Assembly: GCA_029856525.1 (NCBI GenBank)
Contig: JAHQXC010000001.1
Coordinates: 1 to 44,963 of the forward strand
Length of the DNA stretch: 44,963 nucleotides
Direction of reading: 5' to 3'
From: Candidatus Odinarchaeia archaeon
GTDB taxonomy: Archaea > Asgardarchaeota > Odinarchaeia > Odinarchaeales > Odinarchaeaceae
The notes beneath the pieces were generated by a model. It was not told where the DNA came from, ran no database searches, and saw nothing but the letters and a program-made list of their open reading frames with translations. A program made the translations under genes and the position numbers. Every line of letters begins with the position of its first letter. Positions within the stretch are counted from its first letter, which is position 1. This document shows, piece by piece, positions 22,999 through 32,541 of this stretch.

Positions 22999-23451
22999 CT
23001 ATTTTTTCTTGAAAAAAAGCCAGTTTTTACTTGACTGCTCGCCACCTTTGAAACGAATTAAAACATACTCCCCTTTCATTCTCCGGCCGTCTAATTCAAA
23101 GTGAATTGAATCTGAACTGATTTTTTTAATAATTAATTTCCCCTTATCCCAAATATCAACAGTACCAGCCCCGTATTCACCTTCAGGTATCACTCCTGTG
23201 AAATCAGCGTAAGATAAAGGGTGATCTTCTGTTTGAACAGCTAGTCTTTTAACACCTAGCTCTAAAGGAGGGGGTTTAGGTAGAGCCCAGCTTTTTAATA
23301 CGCCGTCTATTTCCAGTCTTAAATCCCAGTGTAAATGTGTAGCGTGATGTTCTTGTATAACAAATATAGGAGTATCGGAGTGAGGGGTGTTATTCTCAGG
23401 CTCAGGTGTCTTTGTAAAATCTCTCTTCGATCTGTATTCTTCAAGCGCCAC
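22999..23451 (-). CDS. Stand-alone LigD-type 3'-phosphoesterase domain protein
   Basis: 150 aa. FVIQEHHATHLHWDLRLEIDGVLKSWALPK matches the LigD PE signature (FVVQKHxAxxLHYDFRLE..GvLkSWAvPKG). Confidence 0.8.
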   Translation of the reverse strand: MALEEYRSKRDFTKTPEPENNTPHSDTPIFVIQEHHATHLHWDLRLEIDGVLKSWALPKPPPLELGVKRLAVQTEDHPLSYADFTGVIPEGEYGAGTVDIWDKGKLIIKKISSDSIHFELDGRRMKGEYVLIRFKGGEQSSKNWLFFKKK

Positions 23452-23498
23452 ATTAAAAAGTATGTCTAAAAGGCTTTAAAATCTTTAAGTTGTAGTTA

Positions 23499-23631
23499 TG
23501 GGGCCGGGGACGGGAATTGAATTCACGGCCTTTTAATTCAGGCTCCCGTGCCAAAGGCTTTACAGAGTCTAAGTCTGCGCGCCTAAGTGGCGTCCACAGG
23601 CCTCTAGGACTACCACTACCCCACCCCGGCC
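23499..23631 (-). tRNA. tRNA-His (GUG) with encoded G-1, two intervening sequences, CCA encoded
   Basis: The reverse strand reads:
- G-GCCGGGG UG GGGU AGUGGUAG
- GAGGC-CUGUGGA, then an insert of about 34 nt, then GCCUU
- UGGC, ACGGG, then an insert of about 23 nt
- UUCAAUU-CCCGU-CCCCGGC-C-CCA
G-1:C73 is the His identity pair. Confidence 0.72.
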
Positions 23632-23920
23632 ATAATATCAGTAAGGATATAAACGACTTTTTATTTTTAAGCTTATTTCTAGACTGTTTGCTAAAGTAAT
23701 TAAATAGATTTAAAATAAATATTTATAGCGTCCACGGCATAATATTTAGAAGGTGGTGTCATGGGTAGATTTAACAAGCATTTCATAAATTCGATTACGC
23801 TTATTACAATATTCACCGTTAGTATAGGATTATTATGGGTGATTGATTCATTAGTAAATATTCTCAAAACGTATAGGCGTAATAAAAAATTAGCTCAGAA
23901 TACTACAGGAAGGGTTAAAA

Positions 23921-24847
23921 ATGGATTTCAAAAATAAGAGCATTATATCCATCAGAGACATGAAACGAGAGGAAATAGATTACATCATTAAATCCGCGGA
24001 GATTCTACACGAAAACTGGAGAAATTATACGAATTATTTAAGTGATAAGATTCTGGGAACACTTTTCTTTGAACCTAGTACAAGAACTAGAATATCTTTT
24101 GAAACCGCTATGAAGCGGCTAGGAGGAATGGTGGTTGGATTCTCAGCCCCTGAAGGAAGCTCACTAGCTAAAGGAGAGAATTTAATCGATACAGTGAGAG
24201 TTGTTGAAAATTACTGTGACGCTATTGTGTTAAGACATCCATTAGAGGGAGCGGCTAGACTCGCCGCAAAATATGTTAAAATACCCGTTATAAACGCGGG
24301 AACAGGTGCTGAGGAACACCCTACACAAGCACTGCTAGACTTATACACTATATTTAAAGAGAAAGGGACAATCGACGGGTTAAATATCGCGTTACTAGGG
24401 GATTTAAAATATGGGCGGACAATACACTCACTCACATATGCGCTTTCAAACTATAAAGTGAAACTTACACTTGTCTCACCGCCTTTAATGAAGATTAGAG
24501 AGGAAATTATGGAGGATCTAAGAAATAATAAAATAGAGGTTAAAGAAACCTCAAACTTAGATGACGTGATCAGTGAAATAGACGTATTATATGTTACGCG
24601 GATTCAACGTGAAAGATTCGCTGATCCGACTGAATATGAAAGAGTAAAGGGATCATATCGTATAGAACTTAAAACTTTAAAAAATGCTAAAAAAGATTTA
24701 ATAATAATGCACCCCCTACCAAGACTTGAAGAAATAAGCCAAGAAGTGGATTATACAAACCACGCCGTGTATTTTAAACAGGTTAAATACGGTTTAATCG
24801 TGAGAATGGCTATTCTACTGTTAATATTCGGTTTTGAAATAAAATGA
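23921..24847 (+). CDS. pyrB: Aspartate carbamoyltransferase catalytic subunit
   Basis: STRTR and HPTQ motifs. 308 aa. Followed by pyrI. Confidence 0.95.
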   Translation: MDFKNKSIISIRDMKREEIDYIIKSAEILHENWRNYTNYLSDKILGTLFFEPSTRTRISFETAMKRLGGMVVGFSAPEGSSLAKGENLIDTVRVVENYCDAIVLRHPLEGAARLAAKYVKIPVINAGTGAEEHPTQALLDLYTIFKEKGTIDGLNIALLGDLKYGRTIHSLTYALSNYKVKLTLVSPPLMKIREEIMEDLRNNKIEVKETSNLDDVISEIDVLYVTRIQRERFADPTEYERVKGSYRIELKTLKNAKKDLIIMHPLPRLEEISQEVDYTNHAVYFKQVKYGLIVRMAILLLIFGFEIK

Positions 24848-24856
24848 GGTTGGAAA

Positions 24857-25321
24857 ATGTCTGAGCAGGAGCTGAGAATTAGAAAGATTAGAAACGGCAC
24901 AGTTATAGATCATATAACCGCCGGAAACGCGTTGAATGTGATGAAAATACTAGGGTTAACAGGTAAAGAAGGATTAGTGATCAGCGTGGCGATAAATGTT
25001 CCAAGCAGCAAGTATGGTAGAAAAGATATATTAAAAATTGAGGAAAGAGAGTTAAAACAGGATGAAGTTAACAAAATAATTTTAATCGCCCCTAACGCCA
25101 CAATAAATATAATAAAAGATTATCAGGTGATCGATAAAAAAAGACTTAAACTACCCGCAGAGCTAAAAGGATTCCCTAAATGCGTGAACCCTAACTGTAT
25201 CACCAACAGCGGAGAGCCTGTTGAAACAGAATTTTATGTTATTCAAAACGAGCCGCTTAGATTAAGATGCAAGTACTGTCAGCGGGTAACAAGCCAGGAT
25301 GATATCTTCAAACAATTCTAA
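24857..25321 (+). CDS. pyrI: Aspartate carbamoyltransferase regulatory subunit
   Basis: 154 aa with a C-terminal Zn site (CVNPNC ... CKYC). Confidence 0.93.
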   Translation: MSEQELRIRKIRNGTVIDHITAGNALNVMKILGLTGKEGLVISVAINVPSSKYGRKDILKIEERELKQDEVNKIILIAPNATINIIKDYQVIDKKRLKLPAELKGFPKCVNPNCITNSGEPVETEFYVIQNEPLRLRCKYCQRVTSQDDIFKQF

Positions 25322-25539
25322 AATATACAGTTATTCTAGCCAGCGATACAGGTGAACTCCCCGGCTTTCTCAGCTATACAGAGTGGAGGCTTACTCTTCG
25401 CATACGGCTTAGAATTATCCAGTCCGCAGCCGGATATAAACTATCAGCACCCTCCCCTATTAGAATCCGCCCCACCGATATAGTTAAAAACAAGTGTTGT
25501 GAAATACAACAGCGGATTGGAAATTAAATGAAAACGTGA

Positions 25540-25866
25540 TTGAAAATGTCTATTGAAATTCTTAGAGAGATAAGAAGATTCGAAGAAGAGGCTCGTAAAA
25601 TAGTTGAAGACGCTGAGAGGCAAGCTGAAGAATTACTTAAAAAAATCGAAGCGGACAAGAGAAAGATAGAAGAGGATTTGAAGATAAAAGTAAACCAGCA
25701 GATAGCTAAAATAAAAGAGGAGGCTAGTGTAAAAGCAGAGGAGGAGAGTAAGAGAATAATCAGCGAAAACGAGAAAACATTAAAAGAGCTTGTTGAAAAA
25801 ACTGAGAGAAATTTGAATAAAGCAGCTGAAATAATCGTGAAAACTATAATAGGGGAGGGAGAATAA
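25540..25866 (+). CDS. atpH: A-type ATP synthase subunit H
   Basis: About 108 aa, charged coiled-coil protein at the head of the ATPase cluster. Confidence 0.65.
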   Translation: MKMSIEILREIRRFEEEARKIVEDAERQAEELLKKIEADKRKIEEDLKIKVNQQIAKIKEEASVKAEEESKRIISENEKTLKELVEKTERNLNKAAEIIVKTIIGEGE

Positions 25867-26495
25867 TGCTCACTCAAACTGATTCTCTACAATTTATTAG
25901 AAATAAAATTTTAAACGACGCTCAGTTAAAAGCCACAGCGATAATTAGCAAAGCTAAAGAGGATTATGAAAAGAAGTTAAAGGAGTTTGAAGATAATATA
26001 AAAAGAAAATATGAAGTCTTAGTGGAGAATGCTAAAAGTGAAGCTAAACAGATAATAGAGAGGAAGATAGCTGAGACAAGAGTATACGTAAACCGTATTA
26101 TATTAGATAAAAAAGAGGAGCTGATAGAGCGCGCGTTCTCCAAGGCGTTTGAAATATTAAAAACTATAATTAAAACAGATAAATATAAAAAATTCCTAGA
26201 AGACGCGGTATATTCCACTGCCAAGTATATGGGAGGCGGGGATTTAACGGTCTACGTGAACGATGAAACTGTGATTGAAAACCAGACGCTTGATAAAATA
26301 GCGCAGAAAGTTACTAGAGAGTTAGGTGTTAAAACCACTATCAGAATAGGAGAGAAACGTATAAAGGCTCTCGGCGGTATTATAATGAAAAATAAGGATG
26401 GAGATATAGAAGTAAATAACACTATTGAAACATTAATAGAGAAAGCTAAAAACACGATCAGATCTAAAGTAGCGAAAATATTATTTTCAACCTGA
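25866..26495 (+). CDS. atpE: A-type ATP synthase subunit E
   Basis: 209 aa. Charged helical N-terminus and a globular C-terminus with GGIIMKNKDGDIEVNNTIETLIE. Confidence 0.8.
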   Translation: MLTQTDSLQFIRNKILNDAQLKATAIISKAKEDYEKKLKEFEDNIKRKYEVLVENAKSEAKQIIERKIAETRVYVNRIILDKKEELIERAFSKAFEILKTIIKTDKYKKFLEDAVYSTAKYMGGGDLTVYVNDETVIENQTLDKIAQKVTRELGVKTTIRIGEKRIKALGGIIMKNKDGDIEVNNTIETLIEKAKNTIRSKVAKILFST

Positions 26496-26509
26496 AAAGG
26501 TTGTTGTAG

Positions 26510-26836
26510 ATGAAGATCACAGTAGTAGCAGACGAAGATACAGTGCTAGGATTAAAGCTAGCCGGTGTGAATGAAACGTATATAGTAAATTCGCCTGTCG
26601 AAGCTGAGAGCAGGATTAGAGAGCTTTCAACCCGTCAGGATATAGGACTTATAATAATCACAGAGCAAATAGGCTCAAAAATAAGAAAGCTCATTCAAGA
26701 TATAATTCGAAAAGGATTCCCTATAATCCTAGAAATACCTGATAAAACAGGTGAAGTAAAAGGAGCTGTAGATCCGATAAGGGAGCTTGTTAGAAAAGCT
26801 GTAGGCGTAGATATTAAAATAGGCAAACACAGGTGA
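26510..26836 (+). CDS. atpF: A-type ATP synthase subunit F
   Basis: 108 aa. [20 protein letters not shown] is typical of subunit F. Confidence 0.85.
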   Translation: MKITVVADEDTVLGLKLAGVNETYIVNSPVEAESRIRELSTRQDIGLIIITEQIGSKIRKLIQDIIRKGFPIILEIPDKTGEVKGAVDPIRELVRKAVGVDIKIGKHR

Positions 26837-28629
26837 GGGAAATGGAGAGAGTTGGAGAGATAATTCGCATAGCCGGACCTTTAATAACAGCTAAAGGAAT
26901 ACCTGGAGTTAAAATGTATGAAGTTTGCAAAGTAGGGGAAAAAGAGTTAATCGGAGAAGTTAACAGAGTGGAAGGAGACATCTGTTATATTCAAGTTTAC
27001 GAGGAAACGGCTGGTATAAAACCAGGTGAAAAAGTTATTGGAACAGGGGAACCTTTATCCGTAGAATTAGGACCGGGGTTAATAGGGCAAATATTCGATG
27101 GAATACAAAGACCTTTACCGCTGATAAAAACAATCGCAGGAGACTTCATAACTAGAGGAATAACTGTTCCAGCGTTAGATAGAAATAAAAAATGGCATTT
27201 CACTCCAACAGTTAAAAAAGGTGAAAAAGTAATAGGTGGAGATCAGCTGGGAACAGTCCCTGAAACCACGTTAGTTAAACATATAATAATGGTTCCGCCT
27301 AATATTGAAGGAGAGATTGTCGAAATAGTCCCGGAAGGGGAATATAGAATAGAAGACACGATAGCTAAAATAAAAACAAAAGATGGAGGAATAACCCCTC
27401 TAAAAATGATGCAGAAATGGCCTGTCAGGAAACCGCGCCCTTATAAGACTAAACTGCCAGCGGAGGTCCCTCTTATAACAGGTCAAAGAATAATAGACAC
27501 ATTCTTCCCAGTTGCTAAAGGGGGAACCTCAGGGATACCCGGCGGGTTTGGCACAGGTAAAACGGTAACATTACATCAAGTAGCCTCCTGGGCTGACGCA
27601 CATATAATTATATATGTTGGTTGCGGGGAACGCGGTAACGAGATGACTGAAGTTCTCGAGAAATTCCCCACCTACAAGGATCCTAGAACAGGCGAGCCTC
27701 TCATGAATAGAACTGTTTTAGTAGCTAATACCTCGAATATGCCTGTTGCGGCTAGAGAAGCTAGCATTTACACAGCTATAACTATGGCGGAGTACTTCAG
27801 AGATATGGGTTACGATGTAGCTCTCCAAGCTGATTCAACTTCTAGATGGGCTGAGGCGCTTAGAGAATTATCCGGTAGACTCGAAGAAATGCCAGGCGAG
27901 GAAGGCTACCCAGCTTACCTTTCAAGTAGACTAGCAGAGTTCTATGAAAGAGCCGGCAGAGTTACCACTATAGGCTCTAAGCCTAGGATAGGCTCAGCTA
28001 CAATAACAGGAGCTGTAAGCCCTCCTGGAGGAGATTTCTCCGAACCTGTAACTCAAGCAACTCTTAGAATAATTAAGACTTTCTGGGCTTTAGATTCAAA
28101 TCTTTCAAGGCGGAGGCATTTCCCAGCTATTAACTGGCTTAACAGCTATTCTCTATATCTCGAAACACTTCAAAAATACTATGATGAAAACGTCAGCCCG
28201 GAGTGGAATACGCTGAGAGATAAAGCTATGGCTCTTCTAGAAGAAGAGGAAAAGCTAACAGAGATAGTTCAACTTATAGGTCCGGATGCTCTGCCTGAAT
28301 CGGAGAGAGCTGTTCTCGAAGCGGCGAGAATGATTAGAGAAGACTATCTACAGCAAAGCGCATTACACCCCATAGACACCTATAGTCCATTAGACAAAAT
28401 GTACAGGATGCTGAAAGCAATAATAACATTTTATGAAAAGATGAGGGATGCTGTGAATAAAGGTATCACGATCAGAGAAATCTTAGATCTCCCAGTGGTT
28501 GAAAAAATAGCGAGAATGAAGATTATCCCATATGAGGATAAAGCTAAAATGAATGCTGAATTCGATCAAATAGAGAAAGAAATTAATGAACAATTCCTTC
28601 ACTTAGAGTTACAAGTAAGCAAAGCATGA
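26833..28629 (+). CDS. atpA: A-type ATP synthase catalytic subunit A
   Basis: 598 aa. P-loop GGFGTGKT and the non-homologous region typical of A subunits. The length leaves no room for an intein. Confidence 0.95.
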   Translation: MREMERVGEIIRIAGPLITAKGIPGVKMYEVCKVGEKELIGEVNRVEGDICYIQVYEETAGIKPGEKVIGTGEPLSVELGPGLIGQIFDGIQRPLPLIKTIAGDFITRGITVPALDRNKKWHFTPTVKKGEKVIGGDQLGTVPETTLVKHIIMVPPNIEGEIVEIVPEGEYRIEDTIAKIKTKDGGITPLKMMQKWPVRKPRPYKTKLPAEVPLITGQRIIDTFFPVAKGGTSGIPGGFGTGKTVTLHQVASWADAHIIIYVGCGERGNEMTEVLEKFPTYKDPRTGEPLMNRTVLVANTSNMPVAAREASIYTAITMAEYFRDMGYDVALQADSTSRWAEALRELSGRLEEMPGEEGYPAYLSSRLAEFYERAGRVTTIGSKPRIGSATITGAVSPPGGDFSEPVTQATLRIIKTFWALDSNLSRRRHFPAINWLNSYSLYLETLQKYYDENVSPEWNTLRDKAMALLEEEEKLTEIVQLIGPDALPESERAVLEAARMIREDYLQQSALHPIDTYSPLDKMYRMLKAIITFYEKMRDAVNKGITIREILDLPVVEKIARMKIIPYEDKAKMNAEFDQIEKEINEQFLHLELQVSKA

Positions 28630-28706
28630 GTTAACTCATAGGCTTCCGTTCATGCCACGGTTAACGGTTAGCTCAACTTATATAAAAAATAGTTGAAATA
28701 GAAAGA

Positions 28707-29189
28707 TCAACCCATCGGGGAACCGTGGAAGAGGGCATCCTTCCACATAATATCCCACCACTCCTCTTCAGTATATGTTTGCGCCTCAATAATCCACTTT
28801 TCAATGCGTTTAAGAAGCTGATGGTGTCTTTTCTCGTCCTCTATTAAATAGCTTAAAATAAGTTTCATCTCCCTTCTATCAACGCGATCAAGCAGCTTCG
28901 AGTACTCTTCTATAGCTTTACTTTCAAGCTTAATATGTTCGTTAATATCTTTACTTAGAGAGTCCCGCTCTTCAACGTCTATAAAAGGAGTTTTGCTTTC
29001 TAAGAGATCCTTTAAACTTTGAAGCATATTAGCATGCTTCTTAGAGTCTAAAGATATACCGAGAACCAGCTCCTTAATAAGCTGATTCTTAACATCTTTA
29101 ACAGTGTTTTCAGCTCTCTTCACAATATGTTCTTCAAGTTTTATGCCTTCATCTAAAAGCTTCTCTATAGCGGCTTTCTCCTCAACCAT
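28707..29189 (-). CDS. Ferritin-like / rubrerythrin-like four-helix-bundle protein (tentative)
   Basis: 160 aa, helical, with repeated E..H pairs (LEEHIV, SKKHANML, ESKAIEEY, EDEKRHHQLL). Confidence 0.45.
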   Translation of the reverse strand: MVEEKAAIEKLLDEGIKLEEHIVKRAENTVKDVKNQLIKELVLGISLDSKKHANMLQSLKDLLESKTPFIDVEERDSLSKDINEHIKLESKAIEEYSKLLDRVDRREMKLILSYLIEDEKRHHQLLKRIEKWIIEAQTYTEEEWWDIMWKDALFHGSPMG

Positions 29190-29412
29190 TTAATTCACCT
29201 TTAAAAGTTAACAACTCTCTTAAAACTTAAATGTTTCGGTATGCGAAAATACCGTCGCTTTCCAGAAGTCCCTATTTCATTGAAAATATATACCCTGAGA
29301 CCGCTACTTTACTATGAGTGTAGGAGCAGGAGACCAAGCTTCACATATATTTTAGACCGGTTAAACTATAATAACCAGTATTAGAAGTTAGAGTAAAATA
29401 ATAAATTTAAAA

Positions 29413-30210
29413 TTAAATAAACTCTGTGAGTCGACTCGTTCTATAACGTTTAACTATCTTCATACATTCACGGGGATTCAAAATCTTAAACTCTAAACCA
29501 AGCTTATTAAGTAAAATTTCAGCGCTTTTCGTTATACTAGGGGCCGCAAGAATCCCTCTCATTTTTCTCCCTACAACAGGATAAGAATATGAATCTAAAT
29601 ATTTTTTAAGTTGTATAACCGATTCTCTCGTAGCTGGGGTTCTCTTCAACTCCACGATAACAGGATTACCTTCCTCATCGAAACCGTATACGTCGATGAA
29701 TCCTGGTTTAACATGCTTCTCAGATGATACGGGCTTAAATCCTTTGAATAAAATTTCAGGTTTCCTGAGAACCGCCTCCTGCATCTGCTCTTCAGAGGCA
29801 TCCATAATGAATTCAGCGTTATCTTTAATGAGGAGGGAGATAACTGAAAAAATTTTATTAAACTCTATAATAAGGCTTTCGCGCGGTCTCCGTCTAACCG
29901 CTTTCAAAAAGATTCTATTATCTTTCAGAAAAACGTGTATTAAATTTCCAGGCGGCTGCCAGTTTATCGGGGAGACACCTTTCTCCTGATGAATTAAAAC
30001 AGATTTATCCTTTTTAATAATGAGAAGACGTTCACCTGATCCTATACTAGAAGACGCTCTACCTATGTATTCTACACTGAAATCCCCTATTATTAAAATA
30101 GTATGATTCTTTGATAAAAACTCCTCTAAATAAGGGTAATATTCTTCTAAATTAGTTTTATTAATAATCTTTATTTTATCGTTATTAGTAGAAGAGAAGT
30201 TAACAGTCAT
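29413..30210 (-). CDS. nucS: Endonuclease NucS/EndoMS
   Basis: 265 aa. C-terminal RecB-like core FIDVYGFDEEGNPVIVELKR and the N-terminal DNA-binding half typical of NucS. Confidence 0.85.
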   Translation of the reverse strand: MTVNFSSTNNDKIKIINKTNLEEYYPYLEEFLSKNHTILIIGDFSVEYIGRASSSIGSGERLLIIKKDKSVLIHQEKGVSPINWQPPGNLIHVFLKDNRIFLKAVRRRPRESLIIEFNKIFSVISLLIKDNAEFIMDASEEQMQEAVLRKPEILFKGFKPVSSEKHVKPGFIDVYGFDEEGNPVIVELKRTPATRESVIQLKKYLDSYSYPVVGRKMRGILAAPSITKSAEILLNKLGLEFKILNPRECMKIVKRYRTSRLTEFI

Positions 30211-30238
30211 AGAGACCCCTAAATAATTAGTGATTTAA

Positions 30239-30775
30239 ATGTGTAAAAAATTGTCTGTTAGAGAAGATTATGATAGAAGCGCTGTTTATTATGATAGAAG
30301 ATATGCTCGAATCCAATTTTTAAAATATAATATGCTCTCCCATTATTTAATTGGAAGAGACTTACTGTTCGATCTTGGATGCGGGACCGCTCTGATACTT
30401 AAACTGAAAAAATTAGGTAAACTAAGGTATATTGGTGTAGATATCTCCGTTATGATGGTTAAAATGGCTTTAAAACGTAGACATTTCTACAAGGATTTCA
30501 TAATAGGGGATGTAGAATTTTTACCTTTAAGGGGAGGTGTGGCGGAGCTCATATCAGCGTTTACTGTTCTACAAAATCTTGAAGAACCGGCTTATTTTAT
30601 AAACGAGATTAGAAGAATTTTAACAGGAGGAGGGTTACTGGTTCTATCTGTTCTGAAGAAGAATCTGAGTTTAAACCGCTTAAAAACTATTTTAGAAGAA
30701 AATAAGTTTATAATAAAGAGATTCATTGAGAAAAGTGACTCCGAAGACCTTGGTTTAATAATCTCTAGCATCTAA
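30239..30775 (+). CDS. Class I SAM-dependent methyltransferase
   Basis: Motif I is LFDLGCGTA. About 178 aa. Its 3' end overlaps the convergent thiC by 11 nt. Confidence 0.7.
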   Translation: MCKKLSVREDYDRSAVYYDRRYARIQFLKYNMLSHYLIGRDLLFDLGCGTALILKLKKLGKLRYIGVDISVMMVKMALKRRHFYKDFIIGDVEFLPLRGGVAELISAFTVLQNLEEPAYFINEIRRILTGGGLLVLSVLKKNLSLNRLKTILEENKFIIKRFIEKSDSEDLGLIISSI

Positions 30776-32084
30776 CTGTTTTATCAGAGTCTATTTTAAG
30801 ATATTTTGAAAGAAGTTTAACCGCGCAGTATTCACCGCACATAGTGCATGCTTCACTTTTAACTTTAACACGGTTATATACAGCTCTGGCCTTCTCCGGG
30901 TCTAATGCGAGTTTGAATTCCCTCTCCCAATCTAATTCCCTTCTAGCCTTAGCCATCTCTAAATCCTGTTTCAACGCTTTAAGATTTCCTTTAGCTATGT
31001 CGACAGCGTGAGCTGCAATCTTAGAGGCGATAACACCCTCCTTAACCTCTTCTTTACCCGGAATAGCTAAGTGCTCTGAGGGTGTCACGTAGCATAAAAA
31101 GTCAGCGCCGTAAAGGCCGGCTAAGGCCCCGCCTATAGCGCTAACAATATGATCGTAGCCGGGTGCGATATCTGTAACTAACGGTCCTAGGACATAGAAG
31201 GGGGCTCCTTTGCAGAGTATTTTCTGAAGGAGAATATTAGTCTGTATTTGGTTAAGAGGTATGTGGCCGGGGCCTTCAACCATAACTTGGACTCCGGCCG
31301 CCCAGGCTCTTTGAACTAGATCAGATATAGTCAGTAGTTCACGAAGTTGAGCCCAATCAGTGGCGTCTTCAATGCATCCTGGTCGTAAACCGTCGCCGAG
31401 GCTTAAAGTTATATCAAACTCTTTAGCTATTTCAAGGAGATAATCAAAGTTAGCGTATAAAGGATTCTCCTTATTATTATGAAGAATCCAAGAAGCGTGA
31501 AACACTCCGCCTCTGCTAACAATTCCAAGTGTTCTCGGATGAGCTTTTAAATGTTCAACAATATCTTTGGTCACACCTACGTGAACTGTTATAAAGTCAA
31601 CTCCATCCTTTAATTGCTTAATAATAGTGTTAAATATTATATCTTCAGTCATATCTACGATGGCGCCTTTCTTATTAACAGCCTCTACAGCCGCCTCATA
31701 TATTGGAACAGTCCCCAGAGGAAGGTTAACGGTTTTTATAAGCATTCTACGAATATAGGTTATATCACCTCCTGTACTAAGATCCATAATAGTGTCCGCG
31801 CCGTATTTTTGCGCTATTAACGCTTTTTCAACTTCTAGATTGTAATCTATAAAATCTGAGGAGGTGCCTATATTCGCGTTAACTTTAGTTCGTAAACCTT
31901 CACCTATACCTATAGGCTGAACATTGGAACGGGTTAGATTTCTAACTATTACAGCTCTCCCGGAGCCTATTAATCTTAAAAGCTTATCTGCTGCTATCCC
32001 TTCCTCAGCGGCTATTTTAGCCACTACTTCATTGCATAATCCAGATCTTGCTTCAAGCATTAAATTAGACATAGTGGATGCCAC
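30765..32084 (-). CDS. thiC: Phosphomethylpyrimidine synthase ThiC
   Basis: 439 aa with conserved ThiC core segments and the C-terminal cluster motif CTMCGEYCAVK. Confidence 0.95.
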   Translation of the reverse strand: MASTMSNLMLEARSGLCNEVVAKIAAEEGIAADKLLRLIGSGRAVIVRNLTRSNVQPIGIGEGLRTKVNANIGTSSDFIDYNLEVEKALIAQKYGADTIMDLSTGGDITYIRRMLIKTVNLPLGTVPIYEAAVEAVNKKGAIVDMTEDIIFNTIIKQLKDGVDFITVHVGVTKDIVEHLKAHPRTLGIVSRGGVFHASWILHNNKENPLYANFDYLLEIAKEFDITLSLGDGLRPGCIEDATDWAQLRELLTISDLVQRAWAAGVQVMVEGPGHIPLNQIQTNILLQKILCKGAPFYVLGPLVTDIAPGYDHIVSAIGGALAGLYGADFLCYVTPSEHLAIPGKEEVKEGVIASKIAAHAVDIAKGNLKALKQDLEMAKARRELDWEREFKLALDPEKARAVYNRVKVKSEACTMCGEYCAVKLLSKYLKIDSDKTVRC

Positions 32085-32142
32085 CGTCTTAAATAATTCC
32101 GAGTTTAAAATAGTTTAAAAATATATTTCTAAAAATGATTTT

Positions 32143-32409
32143 TCAAGTCTCGCTTTCAGTGTTATCCTCTCTACTATTCTTAGCGAATTCCTCTTGATTA
32201 AATTTTTTAACCCATTCTAGAAAGGCATTCGACCATATATTTGGGTCAAATAACGTGGGAGCTGTGAATGGAAGCGCTTTTTCAAACGACTCTATTAAAC
32301 CGGGGTTATCATCACCCTCCAATAATGGTTTACTAGAATCGATATTAGTAGCCTCTAAACTTTTCCCAGCGGATTCATCGCTCTTATTCTTCAAAAATTT
32401 ATTAGACAA
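32143..32409 (-). CDS. Small acidic hypothetical protein
   Basis: 88-aa ORF with no recognisable motif. Divergent from the Top6A-like gene. Confidence 0.35.
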   Translation of the reverse strand: MSNKFLKNKSDESAGKSLEATNIDSSKPLLEGDDNPGLIESFEKALPFTAPTLFDPNIWSNAFLEWVKKFNQEEFAKNSREDNTESET

Positions 32410-32541
32410 TAGAACTCCTCGTATATTAAATTATAGCGTTTATATATTATCAGACTTATTACTATTTAATACTTGCCGAAATAGTAGATATATTAGTATG
32501 CTATTTATATTGAAATAAGAGAGTAATCACCGCAGGAATAA

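Noticed and set aside
23560-23585. A perfect anticodon-arm-like hairpin GCAGA-CUUAGAC-UCUGU (reverse strand), suggesting tRNA-Leu(UAG).
   Set aside because: It sits inside the inferred intron of tRNA-His. The gene has G-1:C73, a class I D arm and a proper CUGUGGA loop closed by GAGGC/GCCUU, all of which indicate His.
25524-25877. Antisense ORFs inside well-supported genes (25524..25877, 12129..12563, 7526..7942, 15558..15908, 29696..29989 and similar).
   Set aside because: Each lies opposite a CDS with strong family motifs and translates to low-complexity or Ser/Leu/Ile-rich sequence. They are shadow ORFs.
26833-28629. Checked atpA for an intein.
   Set aside because: 598 aa with contiguous conserved motifs leaves no room for an intein.
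32085-32142. Looked for a TPP riboswitch upstream of thiC.
   Set aside because: The 58-nt leader is almost pure AT and lacks the CUGAGA / ACCUGA core. No riboswitch-like structure is present.
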